Position numbers and translations under genes: made by a program. The notes under the pieces were generated by a model. The model was not told the origin of the DNA and searched no databases. It saw only the letters and a program-made list of their open reading frames with translations. A stretch of DNA of 64,000 nucleotides from a virus (Duplodnaviria > Caudoviricetes): positions 5,284 through 69,283 of the IMG/VR virus record IMGVR_UViG_3300033076_001146, one strand, 5' to 3'. Of the stretch, positions 27,715-36,268 are shown in pieces (positions within the stretch are counted from its first letter, which is position 1; each line of letters begins with the position of its first letter).

Positions 27715-28347
27715 ACAAATCAAAATCGGGACGTCTGGCAAAATTTTGGACGGCTGGTAAAAGCTCGACGCAAGCAATCTCGGCTGTCCCAGCAGGAGTG
27801 TGCCGACCGCGCACAGATAGACCGTCAAACCTGGTATCGCATAGAGGCAGGCCAGCCCACCAAGCGAGAAACCGTGGTTCGCGTGGCCGAAGCCTTGCGC
27901 GTGCCGGTCGCGGATTATTTGCTTGCCAGCGGCTTTGCCGTTTCGATTACGCCAGCCAATTCCGACACGGAACGCTTGCGGGAAATCTGGACTGATTTAC
28001 TTCCCGACAAACGTGCTGATCTGCTTGCAATTGCACAAGCACTTGCTGTTCGACAATCCGAAACTACTCACGTCCAGCCCCAACCCGACGCCACGTCGCC
28101 TTTGCCCTTAACACCACACACGAGGCGGCTCAAAATTGAAACCATTGACGACCTGGCCACCGAGTTACGGCAATTGGAAGCCGACCCTGCACAAGCCACC
28201 AAGGCCGACTTTCTCCGTGAATTGATTGCCGATCTACGCGCCAGAGAAAGGGCATGTAGCAGCAATGAATTGCTCCCTGACAGGCAGCCTAATCCCTCCG
28301 ACGCTCCCGCGCTGCACACGCGGACGCTCTTTGACACTCGCCACTGA
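27703..28347 (+). CDS. CI-like repressor (XRE HTH, no LexA-type peptidase domain)
   Basis: RLSQQECADRAQIDRQTWYRIEAG HTH; divergent from cro. Confidence 0.8.
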   Translation: MTSPTNQNRDVWQNFGRLVKARRKQSRLSQQECADRAQIDRQTWYRIEAGQPTKRETVVRVAEALRVPVADYLLASGFAVSITPANSDTERLREIWTDLLPDKRADLLAIAQALAVRQSETTHVQPQPDATSPLPLTPHTRRLKIETIDDLATELRQLEADPAQATKADFLRELIADLRARERACSSNELLPDRQPNPSDAPALHTRTLFDTRH

Positions 28348-28921
28348 TTACGGTCGCAACCCGATCCGCTACGCCGCCATCCCGGCACTGGCGCGCGAAG
28401 TTGGGTTGCAATTCGCAACGTGGCACAGACTGGAATCCCCAGCCCGGTTGATCACACATCGCCTCGGCGCGGTGCTCTACGTCAACCCGTTATTTCCCGA
28501 AGGCAAGCGCTGGCTGACTGCGCTGGAACTTATCGGTCTGTGGCTAGGCATCCCGTCACGCGATGCGCCGCATTTTGCTGTCACAGCGGCGCTGGGCGCA
28601 CTCGCCAACGCTGGCTCACTGGAAGATGGCGCGGTCTATCGCACAGATGCCACAGGTAAGTGTATCTATGCCAACGAGGCTGCCTGCGCGCTGATCGGAT
28701 ATTCGCCGCACGAACTTAGCTGGCTTGAAGCTATCGAACCGGCGGCACGACCCGAAACCATCGCGCGCTGGCAGGAAACCGTCCGGCGTGGCATCAGTGC
28801 TCGCCGCAACCACACGTTTGTCCATTCCAATGGCCGGCACGTTCCCGTGTGCAGTCTGGCCCTGCCGGTGAAGATGGGCGATCACCTGATTGGATATGAG
28901 GGGCAGTTGAGTGCCCGATGA
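28331..28921 (+). CDS. Degenerate ImmA/IrrE-like domain fused to PAS domain
   Basis: C-terminal PAS (TDATGKCIYANEAACALIGYSPHEL); N-terminal LYVN...RWLTALELIG; TTG start overlaps repressor end. Confidence 0.6.
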   Translation: MTLATDYGRNPIRYAAIPALAREVGLQFATWHRLESPARLITHRLGAVLYVNPLFPEGKRWLTALELIGLWLGIPSRDAPHFAVTAALGALANAGSLEDGAVYRTDATGKCIYANEAACALIGYSPHELSWLEAIEPAARPETIARWQETVRRGISARRNHTFVHSNGRHVPVCSLALPVKMGDHLIGYEGQLSAR

Positions 28922-29680
28922 ATGAAATCTGATTTGGAATGGCAAAAATGGGGCGAGCGCGATCCGCTCTTTGCTGTGGCGACGTGGGCAGGCAAAGAGC
29001 GGACTTCGCCTGCCGCTTGGACAGACGCCGAGTTTTATCAACTTGGCGCTGCTGACTGGGCCGACTTCTGGCGGCATTGGCAGCAATACGGCATCGCGCT
29101 CGAATGCTGCCTTGAAATCGGCTGTGGCGCTGGCAGGCTCACGCGCCATCTCGCGCAAGTTTTCCAACGCGTCGAGGCAACCGATGTGTCCCCGCATCAA
29201 ATCGCCTACGCGCAAGCTCGTGTCCCGGCAAATGTCCACTTCCATCTTTCTGATTCCGTCCGTCTGCCCCTGGCTTCGCAAAGCTGCTCTGGTGTCTTTT
29301 CGACACACGTCTTTCAACACTTTGACAGCTACGCCGATGCGCTGGATGTCTTTCGAGAAGCTTATCGCGTGCTCCGTCCAGGTGGTTCGCTGATGGTGCA
29401 TTTGCCGTTGATAGATTGGCCTGTCGGCACCCAATGGCTACGCATAGTGCACAATTTGCGTCACTGGCTCAGCACGCAACGCGCAGCCTACTACCGCCAC
29501 CTTTTACGGCGCGGAAAGTGGCGACCTGTGATGGGCGGCCTCACGTTTGAGCGAAAGCGGCTGGCGGGCGATCTAACGGCAATCGGTTTTCGGCAGATTG
29601 AGTTTCGCGGTTTTTCCGTGACCAGTAATCAGGCAGCGCACGAATTCGTGCTTGCGCGAAAGGCGTTCAATGAAAGCTGA
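28922..29680 (+). CDS. Class I SAM-dependent methyltransferase
   Basis: LEIGCGAGR, TDVS, VLRPGG motifs. Confidence 0.85.
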   Translation: MKSDLEWQKWGERDPLFAVATWAGKERTSPAAWTDAEFYQLGAADWADFWRHWQQYGIALECCLEIGCGAGRLTRHLAQVFQRVEATDVSPHQIAYAQARVPANVHFHLSDSVRLPLASQSCSGVFSTHVFQHFDSYADALDVFREAYRVLRPGGSLMVHLPLIDWPVGTQWLRIVHNLRHWLSTQRAAYYRHLLRRGKWRPVMGGLTFERKRLAGDLTAIGFRQIEFRGFSVTSNQAAHEFVLARKAFNES

Positions 29681-29774
29681 AGAGGCTATTGGCGCGGCGT
29701 TGGGCATCGTCATGGCAATCATTTTGCTATTCGTGCTCAACGTGATGGAAAAAGCCAGTCACAAGCGCAAGTAA
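29670..29774 (+). CDS. 34-aa membrane peptide
   Basis: MKAEEAIGAALGIVMAIILLFVLNVMEKASHKRK; overlaps methyltransferase end. Confidence 0.4.
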   Translation: MKAEEAIGAALGIVMAIILLFVLNVMEKASHKRK

Positions 29775-29781
29775 CTTGACC

Positions 29782-29907
29782 TTGCCGCGACCTCGCCAGG
29801 TTCAGCGGCAATGACGGCGGCGGGGCTGGGGGTGAGAACCTGACCCGCCGCCGAACGTAACCCGACATAAATCAAAAGTGCGCTCGGACGTTCGTTGATT
29901 TATGTCG
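29782..29907 (+). promoter_or_regulatory. Triple-hairpin leader upstream of integrase
   Basis: Stems 29782-29811, 29815-29853 (GAGA loop) and a 13-bp IR 29863-29875/29895-29907. Confidence 0.5.
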
Positions 29908-31134
29908 CTTTCGATTATGCCCAAACTTAAAGACGGCGCGCATCGCCAATCCCAATATCCCGGCATCTGCCGCCGCTACAGCGCCAAGCTGAATGACTGG
30001 CAATGGGGCTACCGGCTCAGGCTGGGCGACGGCTGGACTCACGTTCACCCCTGCACGACACTTGAGGAAGCCCGCGCGCTGGCGCACCTGATCCAGCAAG
30101 GACACGCCGCAACCGTGCTCGAACTCGCTGCGCCTGCCCAACCGCTCCTGGCCGCGCTTTTTCGCCGTTACCTCGACAGCCAGCAACAAGGCAAGCCGCG
30201 CGTAGACGCAAACCGAGCTTTGCGCCGCTTTGCTATGATCCTGACGAAAGACACCGCTCTTGCCCAAGCCGATGACTGGCTCGACCGGCTGGCACTCGCG
30301 GGCATCACAATTGAGCAAGTAAAAAAGGCGCGGTTGTCTGAATACGTTGATTTCCGCCGGCAGAAAGGCGCGGCCCCAGCTTCAATCAACCGCGAACTGA
30401 ATTTCATCGCTGCAGCACTGCACCGGGCCGGTGATTGGTTCGATATGCTTGAACAGTGGCGACCGCCCGCCATTCCGCGTGTGCCCGTCAGTCATAACGG
30501 AGCCAAACGGCTGATCAATGATGATGAATACCAGCGCCTGCTAGACTGGCTTTCTGCCGATACTCACCCCGGCGAACGAGGCCACCAAGCCAAAGGCCGC
30601 AAGCACGTCTACTGGATTTTGCGCGGCCTGATGCTGACTGGCGCTCGTGTCAGCGAGTTGTACAAGCTGCGCTGGGCCGATGTGGACCTCGCGTCTGATC
30701 CACCACGCTTGACCATCCACGGCACCAAAACAGCCAAGAAAAAGCCATCCGTCCGCGTGCTGATGATTACGTCCGACCTCCGCGAAGTGCTCGAAGCGCA
30801 ACGCCCTTACGCTGCCAAGCGCAAATATGTATTCACCGAAGGCGGCAACCATTCGCCCAAATACTACAAGATTATCCGCCGGGCCTGCGCCGCGCTCGGC
30901 ATCCCCTATGGCCGGTTCGTGGTGGACGGCCTCCAATTCCGCCACGCCAGGCACACGCTTGCCACGGAACTGTTACGCGCTGGTAGGCCAATCCACGCCG
31001 TCGGGCAGCGCCTCGGCCACGATCCGAAAACCATGCTGCGACACTATGCGGGGGTGAATGCGGCGGATGATGCGCGCGACATTGAAGCGTTGGAATTGAT
31101 TGAGGCGCGACGAGCCGGAAAAGCAGTACCTTAA
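29902..31134 (+). CDS. int: Tyrosine integrase
   Basis: TGARVSEL, HxxRH-like RHARH, LGH and catalytic Tyr (MLRHY). Confidence 0.92.
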   Translation: MSLSIMPKLKDGAHRQSQYPGICRRYSAKLNDWQWGYRLRLGDGWTHVHPCTTLEEARALAHLIQQGHAATVLELAAPAQPLLAALFRRYLDSQQQGKPRVDANRALRRFAMILTKDTALAQADDWLDRLALAGITIEQVKKARLSEYVDFRRQKGAAPASINRELNFIAAALHRAGDWFDMLEQWRPPAIPRVPVSHNGAKRLINDDEYQRLLDWLSADTHPGERGHQAKGRKHVYWILRGLMLTGARVSELYKLRWADVDLASDPPRLTIHGTKTAKKKPSVRVLMITSDLREVLEAQRPYAAKRKYVFTEGGNHSPKYYKIIRRACAALGIPYGRFVVDGLQFRHARHTLATELLRAGRPIHAVGQRLGHDPKTMLRHYAGVNAADDARDIEALELIEARRAGKAVP

Positions 31135-31188
31135 AAATAAATTTGCCACCAAACGGCAAATTCTCGTTTTCGACCGGCAATAGAGAGT

Positions 31189-31416
31189 ATGAACTATAAA
31201 ACCTTGCTCGACTTTCTTATTGACCTTGACGACGACTACGAACCAACACCGGACGAATGCCGGGCTTATTTACGCGCGTCAGGCATTGACCCTGACGCCC
31301 TTATAGCAAAGCTAAAGTCGCGAGTACGCGAGCTATTAAATGCTGAAAACGATGACGAAAATTTGTCAAAATTTGTCAATGCCCACCCGCAAACCGGGCA
31401 AAAAAGGCAAATTTGA
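31189..31416 (+). CDS. Hypothetical protein
   Basis: 75-aa ORF with AGAG RBS-like site. Confidence 0.45.
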   Translation: MNYKTLLDFLIDLDDDYEPTPDECRAYLRASGIDPDALIAKLKSRVRELLNAENDDENLSKFVNAHPQTGQKRQI

Positions 31417-31472
31417 CACCCGAAGGGAAAGCATTAAATGAGAGAAACATTGACAGTTAAGGGGATAGCGGC

Positions 31473-31497
31473 GCGGGTTCGATTCCCGCCCTCGGCA
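31473..31497 (+). other. attP core: 3' end of a tRNA-Leu-like gene
   Basis: GCGGG TTCGATT CCCGC (T arm) + CCTCGGC A (acceptor 3' strand and discriminator); no 5' half upstream. Confidence 0.8.
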
Positions 31498-31515
31498 TTA
31501 CCCAACAAACTTCAC

Positions 31516-31551
31516 AGGCTTGGCATTCACCGCCAAGCCTTTTGTTTTGTT
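31516..31551 (+). terminator. Intrinsic terminator after tRNA fragment
   Basis: AGGCTTGGC/GCCAAGCCT 9-bp stem then TTTGTTTTGTT. Confidence 0.8.
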
Positions 31552-31627
31552 CAGTTGCGGAGTATTTTGCCTTCTCTCGCCAGCCTTGCGCCAAAAATTT
31601 TGACAAGAATTTGTCAATTGAAATCGC

Positions 31628-31656
31628 TTTACAGCCAACCCGGCGCGGAGTATATT
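31628..31656 (+). promoter_or_regulatory. Putative sigma70 promoter for accessory cluster
   Basis: TTTACA-17 nt-TATATT. Confidence 0.45.
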
Positions 31657-31754
31657 CCCGCACGCATCACTGACAGTTCCAACCCCGCCGCCGCTTATCA
31701 ACCACTACGCGGCGGCAACAATTCAAAGCCGTCGCCTTTACCGAAAGGAAAGGC

Positions 31755-32114
31755 GTGAGCACTCCTACCAAAAGCATTATTCACGTTGGCGATTTCGTTA
31801 TCATCAACGAAACGGACGCGCCACAAACCAAACTTGTCGCCCGTGTCACTAAAATTGATCCAGGTAATGACTACATCACTGCAAAATATATCTGCGCAAC
31901 TACGCACCTGACGAAATGCGCCGGGCGATTGTCTGAAGCGACTTTGTTGGCGGATTTTGGTGTTGAGCTTCAATTTGAAGGCAATATGGTGACAGGCATC
32001 CAAACACGCCCCTCTCAAGCGTTTTACTTGGACGATGGAGCGCCTCGCGATTGGCAGCCTGGCAGCGCGGCTCCGACACAACCGCTCCGTAAAAAACGGG
32101 AGGTGAAGGCGTGA
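31755..32114 (+). CDS. Hypothetical protein
   Basis: 119 aa; GGAAAGG RBS; GTG start. Confidence 0.6.
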   Translation: MSTPTKSIIHVGDFVIINETDAPQTKLVARVTKIDPGNDYITAKYICATTHLTKCAGRLSEATLLADFGVELQFEGNMVTGIQTRPSQAFYLDDGAPRDWQPGSAAPTQPLRKKREVKA

Positions 32115-32512
32115 GCACTCAGGCTAAGAAATACACGCGAGCAGAGGCAAATATAGAAATTGCCAAGCGCCTTTGGCCGAACGCCGAAGTCGAGCTTCTG
32201 CCGCTCAGTAAGCAAGTCAATGTTCTGATCTACGACAAGCCAAACGAGACACGAAGCTGGCACGGGTTTGACGTTTTCACAGACCGCGATGCCGCTGTGA
32301 AAGCCGTGCGCGCTTTGCTGGCCGAAGGCCAGGTTGAAGCATGGGACGTCTTTATCGGGCAATTCCACGGCTACAACCTGGACGATCAGCTAAAAACCAG
32401 TACCCGCCCGTATGAGAAGTTCTTCGCGGCGGGCTTGCTGGCAGAGACAAAAAATATTGGCCGTGCGTTGTGTGCGGCATGGGGGATAGAGTTGGAGGGA
32501 GAAGTAGAATGA
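32111..32512 (+). CDS. Phage ABA-sandwich-like protein
   Basis: NIEIAKRL...DVFTDRDAAVKAV...RALCAAW pattern. Confidence 0.45.
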   Translation: MSTQAKKYTRAEANIEIAKRLWPNAEVELLPLSKQVNVLIYDKPNETRSWHGFDVFTDRDAAVKAVRALLAEGQVEAWDVFIGQFHGYNLDDQLKTSTRPYEKFFAAGLLAETKNIGRALCAAWGIELEGEVE

Positions 32513-33291
32513 AAGGCAAAACCAACTGGTCACAATTGGCATTCTTTGGCGCAACGGCGGTGCTGCTGGAAAGTATCGCCACATGGTCCAGCATTGACGT
32601 GTTTCCGCAAATGAAAGGCAAGCTACTGTTGACCTTCGTGGCGACGGTTGTACTGGCTTGGCTGATTCATCGGATTGCAGATGAACACGATCCTGACTTG
32701 AAACAAAAAGGCGTCGTGGCGTTCGTAATTCTAAACATTGCCCTACTGGTCAACTGCGTGCAGCACTTCGATTTTGGCCGCGAAATTGACGCCAGCAAGC
32801 AAAGCGCCGTCGAGATCGAATCGCAAAAAGACAAAGACCTTGAACGTGAAAAGCAGCGTGCCAATATCGCTGCGCAATTGGCCGACGCCAACACGCGCCA
32901 GCTTAAAGCCGGTCGTGACACCCTGATCCACACGCCTGCCAAAAAAGCCGGGGCGTTTATGGACAAATTGCAATCGGCACTCGTCACCGCACCGACCGCC
33001 GCGCCTGCGCCTGTCAATCCAAATCCCGCTCCCGCGATCATCACACGCACGCCCGCCGAAGTGCGCGCCGAAATGATGCCCAAACTATTCTGGGGCTTTG
33101 TGCTCTCGTTCGGCCTGAGCGTTCTGTTGGCTACCCTGCTGTTTGCCTACAAGCAGCTTGACCGGGACGGCGACAACATTCCTGACTGGATTCAGCGCGC
33201 GGCCAAGAATCTAGGGGAAGAACGATTTATTGAAGTGTACAAAAAAGAGTATGGACTATACGGCCCGCAACTCTTCCCCCCAAAAGCCTAG
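32509..33291 (+). CDS. Multi-pass membrane protein with coiled coil
   Basis: Three N-terminal hydrophobic helices, coiled coil, C-terminal helix and DRDGDNIPD. Confidence 0.65.
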   Translation: MKGKTNWSQLAFFGATAVLLESIATWSSIDVFPQMKGKLLLTFVATVVLAWLIHRIADEHDPDLKQKGVVAFVILNIALLVNCVQHFDFGREIDASKQSAVEIESQKDKDLEREKQRANIAAQLADANTRQLKAGRDTLIHTPAKKAGAFMDKLQSALVTAPTAAPAPVNPNPAPAIITRTPAEVRAEMMPKLFWGFVLSFGLSVLLATLLFAYKQLDRDGDNIPDWIQRAAKNLGEERFIEVYKKEYGLYGPQLFPPKA

Positions 33292-33317
33292 CGCCAGCGG
33301 ATGACGAGGCCGGACCG

Positions 33318-34106
33318 GTGGCGGATGGAGAGGCTAGCAGGGAAGGGGGCTTCCCCCCTGTGGAAAACTTTGAAACGGTAGAAAGTGAGGCTGTGGAAAA
33401 CGATGAGGCAACAACTACTTTTGGCAATACTTTTTGCAGTGTTGACCCTGATACTGGCGGCGATTTCCGACTGGGTTCTTTGGCCAAACCTGAGATTGGC
33501 GATGCAATTTTTAACGACACTGGCGGCGGTGGCAACAGTAATTATGACGGCGAGAATCGTTCTGCCGAACTTCTGGATGGATTAGGTGATGCGCCGGTGA
33601 TTGATCGGGTGGCGAGCGATGTGGCAAGCCCAGTTTCCAGCCCATTCGCAAGGCTGGAAACTGACCGGCTTCCAGTACTGGAAACCACTCCTGCCCAGCC
33701 CGCGCAAGTACTCGCTTTCCAGCCCCGTTCCAGTACTGGGCGTCCAGTACTGGAAATTCCACGTAAGTGGAAGGAAACACAGAGAGATAAGCCGCCCTGT
33801 CCAGTCGGCTATGAATTGAACCCAAAAGGGGAGCGATTGATTGGAAAAAAGAAGTGGGTAGGCTATCAATTTTTGCGGGTGGATAACTGCTCAGAATGCG
33901 GTAAACGTGCCCGCCGTCCAGTAGTGGGATTTATCAGTCCAACAGCAGTTTGGAGGCTGCTACAGCGTGACCAAGAAACTCAAAAAAGACTTATCCAAAT
34001 CAAACTCATCGGCGGCAACCGGCGCAAGCCAGTGCCAGTCAATTTGCGATGTACCGGATGCGCTGCTCGAACTGGAAGCAGCACTTTGCGAAGCATTGGA
34101 GAGTGA
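33318..34106 (+). CDS. Hypothetical protein (acidic N-terminus, CxxC pairs)
   Basis: 262-aa ORF. Confidence 0.5.
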   Translation: MADGEASREGGFPPVENFETVESEAVENDEATTTFGNTFCSVDPDTGGDFRLGSLAKPEIGDAIFNDTGGGGNSNYDGENRSAELLDGLGDAPVIDRVASDVASPVSSPFARLETDRLPVLETTPAQPAQVLAFQPRSSTGRPVLEIPRKWKETQRDKPPCPVGYELNPKGERLIGKKKWVGYQFLRVDNCSECGKRARRPVVGFISPTAVWRLLQRDQETQKRLIQIKLIGGNRRKPVPVNLRCTGCAARTGSSTLRSIGE

Positions 34107-34273
34107 CGACCTGAAGAAGATCAAGCTCCAAATGGAACAGGCAATGGAGTGCTTTCTATCGCCCGCAATTGTCGCGGTTGCGGCTGGGGTTGAACAGATT
34201 TCACGGCTGGAAAATGCCGCCTAAAAGGGAAGTGTCCGACCTGCGCGGCGGGTTTATCAACTGAGGGAGAAGT

Positions 34274-34549
34274 ATGAATCAATCAAAGTCCCAGCAATTT
34301 GCCCTTGATACCGTGCTTGCCATTCAGGGCTTGATGGACAAAAACGGCATTAGCCAGGCGGAATTGGCGCGACGTATCGGCGTTTCCCGCTCTGCTGTAA
34401 CACAGATGTTTTCGGAACCTAACTGGACAATGGCGCGACTTTTTGAGGTTGTCACGGTGATGGGTGCGGAAGTTGGAATTATCATTGGGCCGAATGTTGA
34501 ACAGTTTCGCCATTTGATCGCTGACACTGAAGAAGGCGAGGCAACATGA
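34274..34549 (+). CDS. XRE HTH regulator
   Basis: GISQAELARRIGVSRSAVTQ. Confidence 0.85.
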   Translation: MNQSKSQQFALDTVLAIQGLMDKNGISQAELARRIGVSRSAVTQMFSEPNWTMARLFEVVTVMGAEVGIIIGPNVEQFRHLIADTEEGEAT

Positions 34550-34740
34550 CACTCGCTGAAACCCGGCAACTCGTCGCTGATCTATGGAACGCGGGTCCCG
34601 CTGAACGCTTGGCCGCGCTCAGAATGCAGCAGTCCACCCGTAAACTTGCGCCGCACGAATTGGCCGAAGTGGTCAATTTGACGACGCTTTCGATCCGCGT
34701 GAGGCAGGCGATACCGAAACAGAAACAGAAGGGTTCATGA
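34546..34740 (+). CDS. Hypothetical protein
   Basis: ATGA overlaps with both neighbours. Confidence 0.5.
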   Translation: MTLAETRQLVADLWNAGPAERLAALRMQQSTRKLAPHELAEVVNLTTLSIRVRQAIPKQKQKGS

Positions 34741-35267
34741 AAAAGAAAACACCAAAATCACTCCGTCCGCGCGGCTATCGCTGGTCACTACATCTTTGCT
34801 GCAACGATCCCGATAACGGCATGCCACAAGGATTTATTGTGGGGGCTCAATTTGGCGCCGGACGCGGCAATTACACATATGGCACTGACTGGCTGGATGT
34901 GTATCGCCTACATCTGAGCGGATGCGAGGTAGAAGTTCCGTTTGGCTGGGTGGATGACACGCATTTTCGACTTGGCGAGCAAGTTTTCGAGTGTTGCGGA
35001 CGTCAAAACAGTATCGGCAATTGGTGCTGGGATGGCTGCTTCATTACCAAGCAGACACTTCGCCAAGTTGCGCCGATCTTAAAGGCTGGCGGGCTCAGCC
35101 CAGACGAGGGATCAGAATGGCTTTGGCGTTGGTGGGAGAATGTATTTGTGCCACCAGTCGAACAACGCGGGTCGCTATTTGCGGCGGCTAGTCAACCTGT
35201 ACCTGTCAAACCGCGTGGCTGGATGGGCGACCGCAGCGGCAACCCGTACGGACCTTTCGAGGATTAA
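34737..35267 (+). CDS. Hypothetical protein
   Basis: 176-aa Trp/Cys-rich ORF. Confidence 0.55.
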   Translation: MKKKTPKSLRPRGYRWSLHLCCNDPDNGMPQGFIVGAQFGAGRGNYTYGTDWLDVYRLHLSGCEVEVPFGWVDDTHFRLGEQVFECCGRQNSIGNWCWDGCFITKQTLRQVAPILKAGGLSPDEGSEWLWRWWENVFVPPVEQRGSLFAAASQPVPVKPRGWMGDRSGNPYGPFED

Positions 35268-35272
35268 AAAAG

Positions 35273-35548
35273 ATGAGCAAAAGTAACAGAGCAGACAAAT
35301 CGCTTGAAGTCGCCAACATGATGCATGACATCCACGCGACGATGCGCAACGTTTATGGCGAAGACTTCTCCAAATTAGTGGCGAAGTATGAACCCATCTT
35401 GAAAGCCGTGATGAAGCGAGACAACTGTGATGAGGCCTTAGCCTCGCTGAAGCTTTGCCAAGAACTGAAACGCGTAAACAAAGAATCCTCATCCGCGACA
35501 CTGGCGATCATTGCGACGGCCTGCGAGATGATTACACGCCCCGCATAA
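35273..35548 (+). CDS. Hypothetical protein
   Basis: 91-aa ORF. Confidence 0.55.
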   Translation: MSKSNRADKSLEVANMMHDIHATMRNVYGEDFSKLVAKYEPILKAVMKRDNCDEALASLKLCQELKRVNKESSSATLAIIATACEMITRPA

Positions 35549-35700
35549 CGACTTCCCTGAAACCGATGGATACTGAGGCAGATTCTTGCCGCTTTTGTAA
35601 GAAATATGACATAACGCCTATTATCGGACGGAAACGGTACATTTATTCAATCACGTACAAATAGTGGCCGGGGGGGGGTCTCCGCAATTAAGGTGAGGCA

Positions 35701-35883
35701 ATGACAACACACAAGCGCGACGCATCCGGCATCTGCTGGAAAACAATCAAGGTTAAGAGTGACGAAGCTTGGATATTGACTGGACGCTCTTCTTATACGG
35801 CAAAGTTGCGATGCAATGAGCACAACCCGCCGTTAGCTGCCCAACCCGCCGCCCCGCCAGCGGCACCGGAGGAAGCGCGGTGA
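35701..35883 (+). CDS. Hypothetical protein
   Basis: GAGG RBS; 60 aa. Confidence 0.45.
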   Translation: MTTHKRDASGICWKTIKVKSDEAWILTGRSSYTAKLRCNEHNPPLAAQPAAPPAAPEEAR

Positions 35884-36248
35884 ATGTAGCATCCTTAAAA
35901 AACACACTAATTTTCTACACGTCGCATGGCGACGGTACGGCAACGGTAAGTGTCCGCTTCCCCAACTTGAAAGATGCGCAGATGCTGAATAGTGCGTTAG
36001 TTGAACAGCGCGAACGCGACCAGTCGCCACAGTTTGAGAAACTGCTTGAGGAATACAGTTATCAGGATTTTATGATAAGCATTTGGCAAAACGAGGACGG
36101 CTATTTTTATCGAGTTGCTGGCCGAAAGGGTTGGCCAGGTCAAGGCATTTGTGATGCCGCTGGCACGACGCTGGCAGAGGCGCGCCGGGAGGCAAATGCG
36201 GACGCTGATCGAATTGTGGCAAGACGAAAAGCAAAAGCCCAGCAATGA
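35880..36248 (+). CDS. Hypothetical protein
   Basis: GTGA overlap; GGAGG RBS. Confidence 0.55.
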   Translation: MNVASLKNTLIFYTSHGDGTATVSVRFPNLKDAQMLNSALVEQRERDQSPQFEKLLEEYSYQDFMISIWQNEDGYFYRVAGRKGWPGQGICDAAGTTLAEARREANADADRIVARRKAKAQQ

Positions 36249-36268
36249 CGCTGGGCTGAAAGGATGAT

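Larger units (their letters stand above)
31359..31617. repeat. Integrase arm-type repeats (AAATTTGWCA) flanking att core
   Basis: Copies at 31359 and 31369 (tandem), 31409, about 31595 and 31608; related AAATTTGCCA at 31139. Confidence 0.6.

Noticed and set aside
31438-31500. Complete tRNA gene
   Set aside because: Only the T-arm and acceptor 3' strand are present; upstream bases cannot form D/anticodon arms or the 5' acceptor strand
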